Both the position numbers and the translations under genes were made by a program. Positions 9,292-17,770 of a stretch of 64,000 bases of DNA are shown here, in pieces (the stretch's first letter is position 1; every line of letters begins with the position of its first letter). Location of the stretch: the sequence record LC597490.1; one strand, written 5' to 3'. Below the pieces are notes generated by a model. The model searched no databases and was not told the DNA's origin. It saw nothing but the letters and a program-made list of their open reading frames with translations.

Positions 9292-9924
9292 ATGTCATAC
9301 TTTATTCAGTTCCCTGATGAGGAACTATTAACAGAGGAAGAAAAAATCATCAAGGAGAATATAGGTCTTGTAAAGAAATCCATTGAACAGATATTTCCGA
9401 ATATCAAATTGATTGCTGACAATCACCGAATGGATGTTGAAGATTTATATCAAGTTGGTATGATGGGATTATGGTTGGCAGCCAAACGTTTTGACCATAG
9501 CAGAAAGCTTAAATTTTCTACATATGCAGTAGCCACAATTAAAGGATATGTATACAATCATATTCGTGACAGTGGGTACATGCTCAAGTTTCCTGCTGAA
9601 GTTCCAACGAAAATAAGAAAACAATTCAAGGTTGTTGGTGAACTTGTAAAAGATGCAAATGGTGAGACTATTAACTTAGAAGAGTTTATGCCATTAGTTG
9701 ACCCACCAAGTAAGACAGTTGATAGAAAAATAGATGCTGAAATCCATCGAGAAGAACTTCGCCCAATGTTTTCCGATAAAGAAAACACTGTCATTGATTT
9801 AATGATGCAAGGTGTGGAACTAAAAGATGTACACAGAAGATTAGGTGTGTCTCGTCAATTAGTTAACTTACGCAAACAAAGCATCATGAAGAAGATGAAA
9901 GCAAGAGAATTAGGATTAGCATAA
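9292..9924 (+). CDS. sigma-70 family RNA polymerase sigma factor (SigB/SigF-like region 2)
   Basis: ENIGLVKK, DVEDLYQVGMMGLWLAAKRFD, KFSTYAVATIKG, C-terminal HTH; ATG 9292 after GGGAG. Confidence 0.88.
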   Translation: MSYFIQFPDEELLTEEEKIIKENIGLVKKSIEQIFPNIKLIADNHRMDVEDLYQVGMMGLWLAAKRFDHSRKLKFSTYAVATIKGYVYNHIRDSGYMLKFPAEVPTKIRKQFKVVGELVKDANGETINLEEFMPLVDPPSKTVDRKIDAEIHREELRPMFSDKENTVIDLMMQGVELKDVHRRLGVSRQLVNLRKQSIMKKMKARELGLA

Positions 9925-9937
9925 AGGAGAGATTGAT

Positions 9938-10318
9938 ATGTTTGATGAGTATGCTTTAAAGTTAGCGAAACAAATGATTCCAGGTAAAGAAGACTGGGTA
10001 TATGACAAATTGGTTTGGGAAATTCCATTCTATCCATTTGCAGACCAACATCAAGTTAAGAAGTATATGGAAGAGTACCAAAAAGGATTTGAAGCATTTG
10101 GTGATAGTTACACACCTTGGGTTCATATGACAAAACATCACTTGCTTTTATTACGTGAAGGTCAAGTAGTATTAAAAACAAATGCGACTGTTGATGTTAT
10201 CAAGATCATATTTGATAATGAGCCACCACGTACAGCAGAAGAATTTGTAGAGGTACTAAAGAAATATGGATTTATTGCTTATCGTGATGAGGTGGAACAT
10301 ACATGGACACTCAGATAA
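9938..10318 (+). CDS. hypothetical protein
   Basis: ORF track; RBS AAGGAG. Confidence 0.75.
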   Translation: MFDEYALKLAKQMIPGKEDWVYDKLVWEIPFYPFADQHQVKKYMEEYQKGFEAFGDSYTPWVHMTKHHLLLLREGQVVLKTNATVDVIKIIFDNEPPRTAEEFVEVLKKYGFIAYRDEVEHTWTLR

Positions 10319-10509
10319 AAGTAGGCGACAGAGTTCGTATTGAAACATTGGAAGCGAATGGTTGGGGACGGGTTACATTTATTGATGTAGCTCGTCTCCT
10401 TTCTCATCATACCTTTCCTATTCAACTGGAGTTAGATGAGCCATATGACGACAGTGAGCAGGTTGTATATCGAGTCAGCTTAGAAGACATAAGAGAAAAG
10501 GAGAGTTAA
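10303..10509 (+). CDS. small beta-rich (SH3/KOW-like) protein
   Basis: IKVGDRVRI..GWGRVTFI pattern; RBS GAGGTGG. Confidence 0.6.
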   Translation: MDTQIKVGDRVRIETLEANGWGRVTFIDVARLLSHHTFPIQLELDEPYDDSEQVVYRVSLEDIREKES

Positions 10510-10510
10510 G

Positions 10511-10951
10511 ATGCCGACACTTATTAAATACACTGTTGAAGTCATCGTAGATGCTGATAAAGTTTTTAGTGATGACGAAGAATACACAAGGGGTGCAATT
10601 GAGAGATTGCTAACTTCTGATTATGGCAGTAACTTTACACGAGTAAATGATGAGAAAACAAAAGTGAAAGTTATTCATCATGAAGAAAGAGACCCTGAAA
10701 GAGTCATCATAGAGCAAGCTGTTGATGCAGAATATGAAGATATTTTAGCACATGATGATGACAGTATTGAATTAGAAGAATGGGATGTAGATTTCATTGC
10801 ACAACAAATATACTATGAACATGATATAGACGTACCTACTTATGTCACAGATGAAATTAGGGCTTCTATTCGTCATGCAATGGAAGAAAAATTAGAAAAA
10901 CAAAATGCAATTACTCAGGGGGATGAAGAAGATGGAGAGAAAGAAAATTAA
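10511..10951 (+). CDS. very acidic hypothetical protein
   Basis: ORF track; RBS AAGGAG; about 42 D/E against 15 K/R by hand count. Confidence 0.75.
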   Translation: MPTLIKYTVEVIVDADKVFSDDEEYTRGAIERLLTSDYGSNFTRVNDEKTKVKVIHHEERDPERVIIEQAVDAEYEDILAHDDDSIELEEWDVDFIAQQIYYEHDIDVPTYVTDEIRASIRHAMEEKLEKQNAITQGDEEDGEKEN

Positions 10952-11330
10952 TTTAATCATGGATGTATTTTATGACAAGGCACAAAACGATAAGGACATC
11001 AATGTTATTGCAGCAAAAATGAATGCGTTGTTTAAAATGAAAGGTACGTTGAACTCATTGCGTACAGCAAATGGTTCTCCAGAACGTATTCATATAACAG
11101 AAATGCAAGGTATTCATCATGAGTTCTTGTATCGAGAAATTGAATCACAACATGAGTTATTAACACATCCTGACTTCGGTGAGTACAAAGATGTTGAGCC
11201 ATTTAATCGTGAAGACATCGAGCGTGCTATTCAAGTTGCAATGGAAAGTGAAGACTTATGGAATATGTTCGATGGTACACTTAACGACATTATCAAGGAG
11301 CAACTGGACAAAAAAAGAGAAAGTGAGTGA
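10932..11330 (+). CDS. hypothetical protein
   Basis: ORF track frame; ATG 10932 after GGGG. Confidence 0.7.
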   Translation: MERKKINLIMDVFYDKAQNDKDINVIAAKMNALFKMKGTLNSLRTANGSPERIHITEMQGIHHEFLYREIESQHELLTHPDFGEYKDVEPFNREDIERAIQVAMESEDLWNMFDGTLNDIIKEQLDKKRESE

Positions 11331-11527
11331 TAATGATGAACGAACATGATGAATGTTATTGCGAAAGCTGTGACTATAACTTCTTGCTACTAATGGTTAG
11401 TAAGAAGTTATGTCCAAGATGTAGAAGCTTTAAATGGCACGTAACAAAACCAGCACCACTAGAAGTAAATGCATCTGTATTTTTAGAAAGAAGAAAACAA
11501 AAACAAATTTATGCGAAGGGGATATAG
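11327..11527 (+). CDS. small zinc-finger protein
   Basis: CESC...CPRC; overlaps previous stop (GTGA). Confidence 0.6.
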   Translation: MIMMNEHDECYCESCDYNFLLLMVSKKLCPRCRSFKWHVTKPAPLEVNASVFLERRKQKQIYAKGI

Positions 11528-11530
11528 TAT

Positions 11531-11899
11531 ATGAAGGTAATTAAAGAAGTATGGTATAGTATATATGAAGGTCAATTTGCGACTTTCACATATGACAGCT
11601 ACGAAGCACTTGCAACTGACACCAAAGGTTATGTAATCGTAGAAGAAGAAACTCCAGATGTTGGAGAAAGAGATGTATATGAATCTTATGATGAGGCAGT
11701 TTACATGCTTGCATTAGAAACTGGTGGCGTAGCCATTGGTCAGGACTATGTAGTCATTTGCCATGACGGAGAAGAATTAGTTTACTGGGGTAAAGAAGAA
11801 TGGGAAGCTGATCCTAGCATCTTGCCTTCTATTGTAAATGCAGTAAAGCTTTATTATGATAAAGGACCAGAATATATTTCACTATTATTGCATTCTTAA
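11531..11899 (+). CDS. acidic hypothetical protein
   Basis: ORF track. Confidence 0.7.
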   Translation: MKVIKEVWYSIYEGQFATFTYDSYEALATDTKGYVIVEEETPDVGERDVYESYDEAVYMLALETGGVAIGQDYVVICHDGEELVYWGKEEWEADPSILPSIVNAVKLYYDKGPEYISLLLHS

Positions 11900-11933
11900 T
11901 TGGAAATAAACACTGGTTTATTTTTAAAAAATA

Positions 11934-11946
11934 ATTATGTTAGACT
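11934..11946 (+). promoter_or_regulatory. extended -10 promoter with TRTG
   Basis: ATTATGT-TAGACT, AT-rich upstream region, intergenic before 11998 ORF. Confidence 0.5.
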
Positions 11947-11948
11947 AA

Positions 11949-11975
11949 TAAGGCGGGTTCATCCCGTCTTATTTA
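11949..11975 (+). terminator. hairpin or weak terminator directly after the -10 element
   Basis: TAAGGCGGG-TTCAT-CCCGTCTTA then TTTAT. Confidence 0.55.
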
Positions 11976-11997
11976 TATACTAAGGAGGAGAATCACA

Positions 11998-13071
11998 ATG
12001 CAAAAGCAACTATTAGAAAATATAAAACAAGGAATGACGAAAGAAATTGAAAGACTAGATTTTACTAATCATGAACTAATTCATACTAAGTTAGAAGAAT
12101 ACTTAGCAGCAGTTCGTTCTATCTCAAAAGTGCCACAAATTTTCAATAACCTAGAAGTAACAGAAGTAAAAGAAGTAAAACCTGCCATTAAGAAAGTAGA
12201 AGAAGTTAAGAAAGAAGAAACAGCTCGTGCAATGTATCGCTTCGAGAAACGAATCAAGGGTGGTAACTTACCAGAGAAAGATGCATTTGTTCCTGAAAAG
12301 AAAATCCGTGAGCTAGATTTACAAACAGGCGATATGTTATATGCAGAAAAGATTGAAACAGAACCAGGTTATACTGGCCCAATTCAATATGAATATACAT
12401 TAGCTCAACGTCGTGATAAAGAATACCCAGAGAACCGAGTACAAATTGAGAAATGTATTGTTAAATTAGATGAATCAATTTCTCGTTTCTATGTAGATAA
12501 AGATATTAATGGTAATGAAGTATCACTACCAGATGTACCAGGTGCAATTTATTTACCAGAATCAGATACAGATGATATGAAAATGCAGGTTGATGATGTT
12601 GTAGATATTGCTTACGATATTAATAACCCAAATTATTTACGTGTGGTTTGGCGTTACAATATTAGCGACGTGTATACATCAGCTCCAACACAATCACAAT
12701 TAATGCTTGGTGCTCGTATTAAAACTGATAAAACAAAGAAAGTATATGAAGCAACATTAGATGGTAAGTTGGTCTTAATGGTTGGATATGAGCCAGGTAA
12801 ACCTCAAATTCGTGAAGAGGTTGAACGCCGTAAAGGAATTTTCGAATGGGCTGAAGGTCGTGAAGAAGACAAGCGTTTATACTCAATGATTGCAAGAGCA
12901 GATGCAGTTATCTTCATGCTTGAGTTTATGAAACATGCAGGTTCTATTAAAGGTGTAGACTACTGCAAACGTTTAGGTGTTCCATTCGATACAATGCATA
13001 ACTTTGGTCGTACGGAGTTCATCAATAAGACAGAAGCATTACTACGTTTAGATGAGAATGCAACGGCATAA
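11998..13071 (+). CDS. protein with C-terminal DUF2325-like domain
   Basis: VLMVG...ADAVIFMLEFMKH...YCKRLGVPF C-terminus; RBS AAGGAGGAG. Confidence 0.7.
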   Translation: MQKQLLENIKQGMTKEIERLDFTNHELIHTKLEEYLAAVRSISKVPQIFNNLEVTEVKEVKPAIKKVEEVKKEETARAMYRFEKRIKGGNLPEKDAFVPEKKIRELDLQTGDMLYAEKIETEPGYTGPIQYEYTLAQRRDKEYPENRVQIEKCIVKLDESISRFYVDKDINGNEVSLPDVPGAIYLPESDTDDMKMQVDDVVDIAYDINNPNYLRVVWRYNISDVYTSAPTQSQLMLGARIKTDKTKKVYEATLDGKLVLMVGYEPGKPQIREEVERRKGIFEWAEGREEDKRLYSMIARADAVIFMLEFMKHAGSIKGVDYCKRLGVPFDTMHNFGRTEFINKTEALLRLDENATA

Positions 13072-13097
13072 AAAAGAGAGAAGGTTTATTCCTTCTC
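13071..13097. terminator. hairpin between convergent genes
   Basis: GAGAAGG-TTTATT-CCTTCTC with upstream A-run. Confidence 0.5.
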
Positions 13098-13472
13098 CTT
13101 CTCACGTTGTGCTAGTTGTCGCTCTCTCATCGACATCCACTTCAAGATAACATCATCGGGGATGAGTCGGTAAGTATCATCGTACTCGTTCCTATTTAAT
13201 TCTTGTACTGTAGATTCGAATCCGCAGTCACTACACTTCAACCATTGGTATCCAGTTTCATCATTGAACTCATACCCAGTCATCTTACCTGCACAGCGAG
13301 GACAGTTCCTTCCTGTAGACCAAAAACTTTGAGCAGGTATTTTATTGTGATTGTTGGTTGGGATATCAATATCGGGCCACTTCTGCTTGTCTTGTTTTTG
13401 AGCCAATAACTTACCAGCAACTTGGTCATCTGATTGTTCTTCAAATAGTTTTTTCTTTGCCAATGGATTCAC
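13086..13472 (-). CDS. zinc-ribbon protein
   Basis: CPRC...WLKCSDCG; GTG start after AAGGA. Confidence 0.7.
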   Translation of the reverse strand: MNPLAKKKLFEEQSDDQVAGKLLAQKQDKQKWPDIDIPTNNHNKIPAQSFWSTGRNCPRCAGKMTGYEFNDETGYQWLKCSDCGFESTVQELNRNEYDDTYRLIPDDVILKWMSMRERQLAQREKEKE

Positions 13473-13501
13473 GTCCTTTACTATGAAATCGGGGGATTGT
13501 C

Positions 13502-14335
13502 ATGTATAACCAAAACATAAAAGAGATAAAAGAAAGATTTAAAACAGAGAATCTTGTTGATATGGTTCATCTACATTTAATGGATGAAGCAGAAAAGAAA
13601 CAACAAGAAAGATATGAGCAAGGCAAGATAGGTAAGTTCTACCCATCTTCAGTAGGTCAATGTAAGAGGAAGTGTGTATATCAAATGCTAGGCTATCCAA
13701 GTTCTTCTATGGAAGGAAAAGGACAGTTAGTATTAGAGAATGGTACAAGCTTCCACGAACGAATGGAAACAATATTTGGTGACATGGGAATCTTAATTGC
13801 CCCAGAAGTAAAACTTACAAATGAAAGATATCGTATTAGTGGTCGTACAGATGCATTAATATGGAACTTCTTAGCAGATGAAAGTGAAGATTTTACTGGG
13901 GAGACAATTCGTTTATATCAACCTAATGAAGATGGAGAGGACGAATTAATTTACGAGGGGCCGAGCGATGCGGTTCTACTTGTTGAATTTAAAAGTATTA
14001 AGTCTAAAGGATACAATGAGTATCTTCCAAAGACGAAAGCTAAAAAAGAACATGAGATGCAATTACAATTATACTTCTTTTTAACAGGCATTTCAAAAGG
14101 ACTTGTGTATTATGAGAACAAAGATACACAGGAACAAAAGTATTATATTGTAGAACGTAATGATGAAATGATAGATGAAATATTATCAGGTATTAGCGAC
14201 ATCATTAGTTGGAATGACCAAGGTAAATTACCTGAGCGTGAGTTTCAACCAACATCATTTGAATGTCGTTACTGTAACTACCGTGACCTTTGTCACCCAG
14301 TCGTGAACCAATATACAATTGAAGACTTAATTTAA
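13502..14335 (+). CDS. Cas4-like PD-(D/E)XK exonuclease with 4-Cys Fe-S staple
   Basis: YPSSVGQC, GTSFHE, ISGRTD, VEFKS, QLQLY, CRYCNYRDLC. Confidence 0.85.
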   Translation: MYNQNIKEIKERFKTENLVDMVHLHLMDEAEKKQQERYEQGKIGKFYPSSVGQCKRKCVYQMLGYPSSSMEGKGQLVLENGTSFHERMETIFGDMGILIAPEVKLTNERYRISGRTDALIWNFLADESEDFTGETIRLYQPNEDGEDELIYEGPSDAVLLVEFKSIKSKGYNEYLPKTKAKKEHEMQLQLYFFLTGISKGLVYYENKDTQEQKYYIVERNDEMIDEILSGISDIISWNDQGKLPEREFQPTSFECRYCNYRDLCHPVVNQYTIEDLI

Positions 14336-14361
14336 GGAGTAGCTTTTCACGGCTACTCCTT
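14334..14361. terminator. bidirectional terminator
   Basis: perfect 10-bp stem AAGGAGTAGC/GCTACTCCTT between convergent genes. Confidence 0.8.
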
Positions 14362-14985
14362 TTCCCATTCTTTATCTTCTTGTCGTAGAAATGAAAGTGC
14401 TGCAATATTATTTTCCACTTCAGCTCGTCTCATTTTAAACTTATGATTCTGGAACACTTCAATGAAGTCCATTGATAGACCGCCTTCAGTTGTCCATACT
14501 CTTTCAAAAGCTGAGGTAGGTTCAGTTCCTAGTATAAGAGTTTGCTTGATGTGTTGATAAATATCAATCATACCCATATTGTCAGCGTCATCGAATACAA
14601 CATACTTTGCTTTTCGAATCCAAGTTGTATTGTTGTCATGTTTAGTCGTGAAGTAAATATCGAATCTCTTACCGTCTTTAACGAATCCAATGCTGTTGTA
14701 TAAGACATCTAAAGTATAACCATATTCTCTTTCAATTTCTTCTTCTAATTCGATAACGACATGTCTTGTATAGGCTAATTGACTAGGCATGTTTACAATG
14801 AATGCACTGTCTTCACCTTTCTTGATTAACCATTCAATGCCACAAGTAGTCTTGCCTTTTCGACGAGCTACTTTAGCGGCAATGATTTTGGATTTAAAGT
14901 TGTCGATGGTTGTTACCCATTTCATTTTTCTTACGGATTCATCCATCGTCATATTTGTTTTAGAATTTGCATGGTTGATTAGCAT
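14353..14985 (-). CDS. P-loop NTPase resembling a terminase ATPase domain
   Basis: Walker A VARRKGKTT, Walker B YVVFDDAD; no nuclease domain; start uncertain. Confidence 0.6.
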   Translation of the reverse strand: MLINHANSKTNMTMDESVRKMKWVTTIDNFKSKIIAAKVARRKGKTTCGIEWLIKKGEDSAFIVNMPSQLAYTRHVVIELEEEIEREYGYTLDVLYNSIGFVKDGKRFDIYFTTKHDNNTTWIRKAKYVVFDDADNMGMIDIYQHIKQTLILGTEPTSAFERVWTTEGGLSMDFIEVFQNHKFKMRRAEVENNIAALSFLRQEDKEWEKE

Positions 14986-14989
14986 TTAA

Positions 14990-15484
14990 TTACCCCCATA
15001 TTTTTTTATACAATTCTGGATTAACAGATTGTATTTCTAATGGAATTGATTCTACAGTTGTCTTCCTAAAGTAAGGAATCTGGATAACTGTAATACCTTT
15101 GCTTTTACATATCTCTACTTTCAAGCTATCACATTCTTGTTGATAGTTAAAGTTCTCTTCTGTTTTATGAAAGTGTTTAGAGTATTTGTAGTGCTGTTTA
15201 CCGTTAATTTCAAAAGCTAAATTATATCTAGGATAGTAACGGTCTAGCTGCATGAGGTAGCCACGAGGACTTATTAAGAAAGAGTAAAAGCCTTGGTCAA
15301 TATAACCTGCATCAGGAAAGACTTTATCTAAGATAGCAAAGATTTTTTCTTCTTCCTTGCTGGCATATGACTTCTTTTGCTTCTTCACTTTACTAGAGGA
15401 TTTGCAATCATTGCAGAGGATTGGTTTGTGTGTTTTGTAAGAGAGTTTTTTATTACACTCTTTACAATTCGTGAATCTCATCAT
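14990..15484 (-). CDS. Vsr/DUF559-like endonuclease with N-terminal zinc finger
   Basis: CKEC...CNDC; LDRYYPRYNLAFEINGKQHY...DSLKVEIC...GITVIQIPY. Confidence 0.75.
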   Translation of the reverse strand: MMRFTNCKECNKKLSYKTHKPILCNDCKSSSKVKKQKKSYASKEEEKIFAILDKVFPDAGYIDQGFYSFLISPRGYLMQLDRYYPRYNLAFEINGKQHYKYSKHFHKTEENFNYQQECDSLKVEICKSKGITVIQIPYFRKTTVESIPLEIQSVNPELYKKIWG

Positions 15485-16274
15485 GGCTGTCAGTCCCTTT
15501 AAGTTTTTCTACAGCACGTTTGCGCTTATGAAAAACAGTTGTTTCATTCATACCAATCATTTCAGCGATTTTCTTATCTGATTTCTTTTCCATATACCAT
15601 TGTGAAAGAATGATTCGTTCGATAGGAGATAATGATAGAAAGATCGGATGGCAAGTTAGTCCTCTAACCCAGCTGTTTCCAAACTCTCCGTCTTCTTCGA
15701 AAGAGATGCGAGGTGTATCAAGTAAGTCCCTGTCATCAATTTCAATTAAGCTATCTTCATCAATATGTTCTTCTTCTTCAAATGGAAGGAAGTCTTTTTC
15801 TACATATAGGTAACCGTATGCTTTTTCTAGATACACTCGTAAAGCGTATCGGTAACTGTTGAATAAGTAACCAGTAAAGTATATATCTTCTTTTTGTTTT
15901 TCATATCGAGTTGCTTGTTGCAAGAACAACATAATTAAATCCTGTTGTAAGTCTTCATCAGGAATAGAACTATATTGTTCCTGCAAAGTATCCATAATAT
16001 AAGAGCCAATTTCTCGTGTTCGAGAACTACTTGTATATGATAGAAAATACTTACGAGCGTTCTCATCTTTGATGTAGAGAGCAAGGAATCCACGGATGTC
16101 CTTATCCTCCATGAAGATTTTGCCGCCACGTAGCACACGGTAGAACTTTCCTAAATAGGAGTTCTCTTTAATTTCGTAAGAACTCCCAGCGAAAAGCTCC
16201 AGTAATTGTTCTGCATATGTTTCGTTTCCTTGTTGATAACCGTATACGATTTTATCTATCTCTTTTCCGTTCAT
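15462..16274 (-). CDS. divergent sigma-70 family sigma factor
   Basis: IVYGYQQGN, EDLQQDLIMLFLQQATRY, FTGYL; region 4 LSPIERIILSQWYMEKKSDKKIAEMIGMNETTV. Confidence 0.8.
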   Translation of the reverse strand: MNGKEIDKIVYGYQQGNETYAEQLLELFAGSSYEIKENSYLGKFYRVLRGGKIFMEDKDIRGFLALYIKDENARKYFLSYTSSSRTREIGSYIMDTLQEQYSSIPDEDLQQDLIMLFLQQATRYEKQKEDIYFTGYLFNSYRYALRVYLEKAYGYLYVEKDFLPFEEEEHIDEDSLIEIDDRDLLDTPRISFEEDGEFGNSWVRGLTCHPIFLSLSPIERIILSQWYMEKKSDKKIAEMIGMNETTVFHKRKRAVEKLKGTDSHDEIHEL

Positions 16275-16276
16275 AG

Positions 16277-16537
16277 CTAAATACCCAATCTGTATCGTTC
16301 GAGCACAATGTTGTGTCGTACAACCCTTTCATCTTCATCAGTGAAATGTTCAGTAGCTGCTAAAAGGAAATCTGAGAAGTCTTCCTCAGTGAATGGAATC
16401 GGTACAATATCATCTTGTTGGAAAAGCTCTGCTTCTACAAGCACGTATACTAAATCATCCAAAGTGTCATCTTCTAAGTGTTCGTAAAACTCATCCATTG
16501 ATAAAACAAAACGTGTATCACCTTTAAATAATTCCAT
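16277..16537 (-). CDS. small very acidic protein
   Basis: ORF track; about 24 D/E in 86 aa; stop abuts sigma gene. Confidence 0.7.
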   Translation of the reverse strand: MELFKGDTRFVLSMDEFYEHLEDDTLDDLVYVLVEAELFQQDDIVPIPFTEEDFSDFLLAATEHFTDEDERVVRHNIVLERYRLGI

Positions 16538-16540
16538 TAA

Positions 16541-17002
16541 CTACACCCCTTTTCCAGCAAACTCACTTAGTCCAATGCCGATAGCATCAGTGATATCAGT
16601 CTGCCCTTTTCGCAATTTTAAATCAAACTTTTCTGTCACATAGTTCCATGTTAGTACTTTGTCGGTAGAACCTTTTCCATGTAATCGTTTACGCCATGCT
16701 GATGGCATACGATACTCAAATGGAATACCTCTCTCCATACAAAGCACTTCCATCATTGTAGATACTCGAATCAGTTTTTTAGAAGTAGCTGCATTGCTAC
16801 CTTGATACTGGTCTTCGCATATTACTTTGTCAATTTTATATTCATCTAATAGTATTTTTAAAGATTCGTATTGTTCTTTAAATCTCTCATCTACATCTTT
16901 TGACTTAGGTTTTATTTCACCATAAGCAAGGAGAGTAAACTCATCCTTCAGGTACCCCCAACCTGTACAAACTGTAGATGGGTCAAATGCCATAATAGCC
17001 AT
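16541..17002 (-). CDS. ruvC: RuvC-like Holliday junction resolvase
   Basis: AFDPSTVCTGWG, VICEDQY, PSAWRK, DITDAIGIG. Confidence 0.85.
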   Translation of the reverse strand: MAIMAFDPSTVCTGWGYLKDEFTLLAYGEIKPKSKDVDERFKEQYESLKILLDEYKIDKVICEDQYQGSNAATSKKLIRVSTMMEVLCMERGIPFEYRMPSAWRKRLHGKGSTDKVLTWNYVTEKFDLKLRKGQTDITDAIGIGLSEFAGKGV

Positions 17003-17071
17003 AGTTATTCATACCCCTTTGAACTATCTATCTACTATAACAATACCATATTTTTCTTCTACTTATATATA

Positions 17072-17100
17072 AATCTAACCATTGCTGAGAAATTTTTCAA
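17072..17100 (-). promoter_or_regulatory. TTGA-N17-TGGT/TAxxTT class promoter
   Basis: minus strand TTGAAA-aatttctcagcaatggt-TAGATT upstream of ruvC. Confidence 0.55.
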
Positions 17101-17114
17101 TAGAGAGGACAAAT

Positions 17115-17143
17115 AAAAAACAGAGCGCTTAATTACGCTCTGT
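17115..17143 (-). terminator. intrinsic terminator
   Basis: ACAGAGCG stem (8 bp) followed by T6 on minus strand. Confidence 0.7.
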
Positions 17144-17770
17144 CAGTAATGCAAATTCAGTTACAGCATTTCGGATATAGTCTTCAATATAATTAGTTGC
17201 CCACTCAGGAATATCTTCGTAAGATACTTTACCATTACGCATTGCTTTACGAAGCTCTAAAATTTTCTTGTCTACTTCTAATGAAGCATCATTAACTAGT
17301 CCAGATACAACACCTGAAACATTACCAAAGGTAGCTTCAGCTAGTTTGTTTTGTTCAGCTCGTATTTGTGATACCAAGCTATTCAATGCTTTCATTGTTA
17401 ATGTATCTACGAATAACTTATGGAAGTCTTGGAATAAATCAGGCCCCATCTTATCATTAATCATAGCTTCCACTGTCGTAGCATAAGGAACATAGTCAGG
17501 TTCTTCTGGCGGAGCCAATGTACCTACGATATGACCACCTACATTAACTGTTGGTGCAGGTTGTGCAATGAATGTAGATGATTCAACTGTATACGCTTTG
17601 TTATCTTTCGTATCTAATGTGAATATCTCTACTTCATTTTCATCATCAGCTGTAGTAGCTGGTGGGTTAGCAATTGCGAACTTGGAGATGTAACCATTCA
17701 GCTCATCTTCCTCTTTACGCATATGTGCTTCAATCTCTTCTTCCGTCATAGTTTCACGAATGTCTTCCAT
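17129..17770 (-). CDS. hypothetical protein
   Basis: ORF track; RBS GGAGG; abuts clpP stop. Confidence 0.7.
   Translation of the reverse strand: MEDIRETMTEEEIEAHMRKEEDELNGYISKFAIANPPATTADDENEVEIFTLDTKDNKAYTVESSTFIAQPAPTVNVGGHIVGTLAPPEEPDYVPYATTVEAMINDKMGPDLFQDFHKLFVDTLTMKALNSLVSQIRAEQNKLAEATFGNVSGVVSGLVNDASLEVDKKILELRKAMRNGKVSYEDIPEWATNYIEDYIRNAVTEFALLTERN

Noticed and set aside
13502-14335. CRISPR-Cas locus around the Cas4-like gene
   Set aside because: No repeat-spacer array and no other cas genes were seen.
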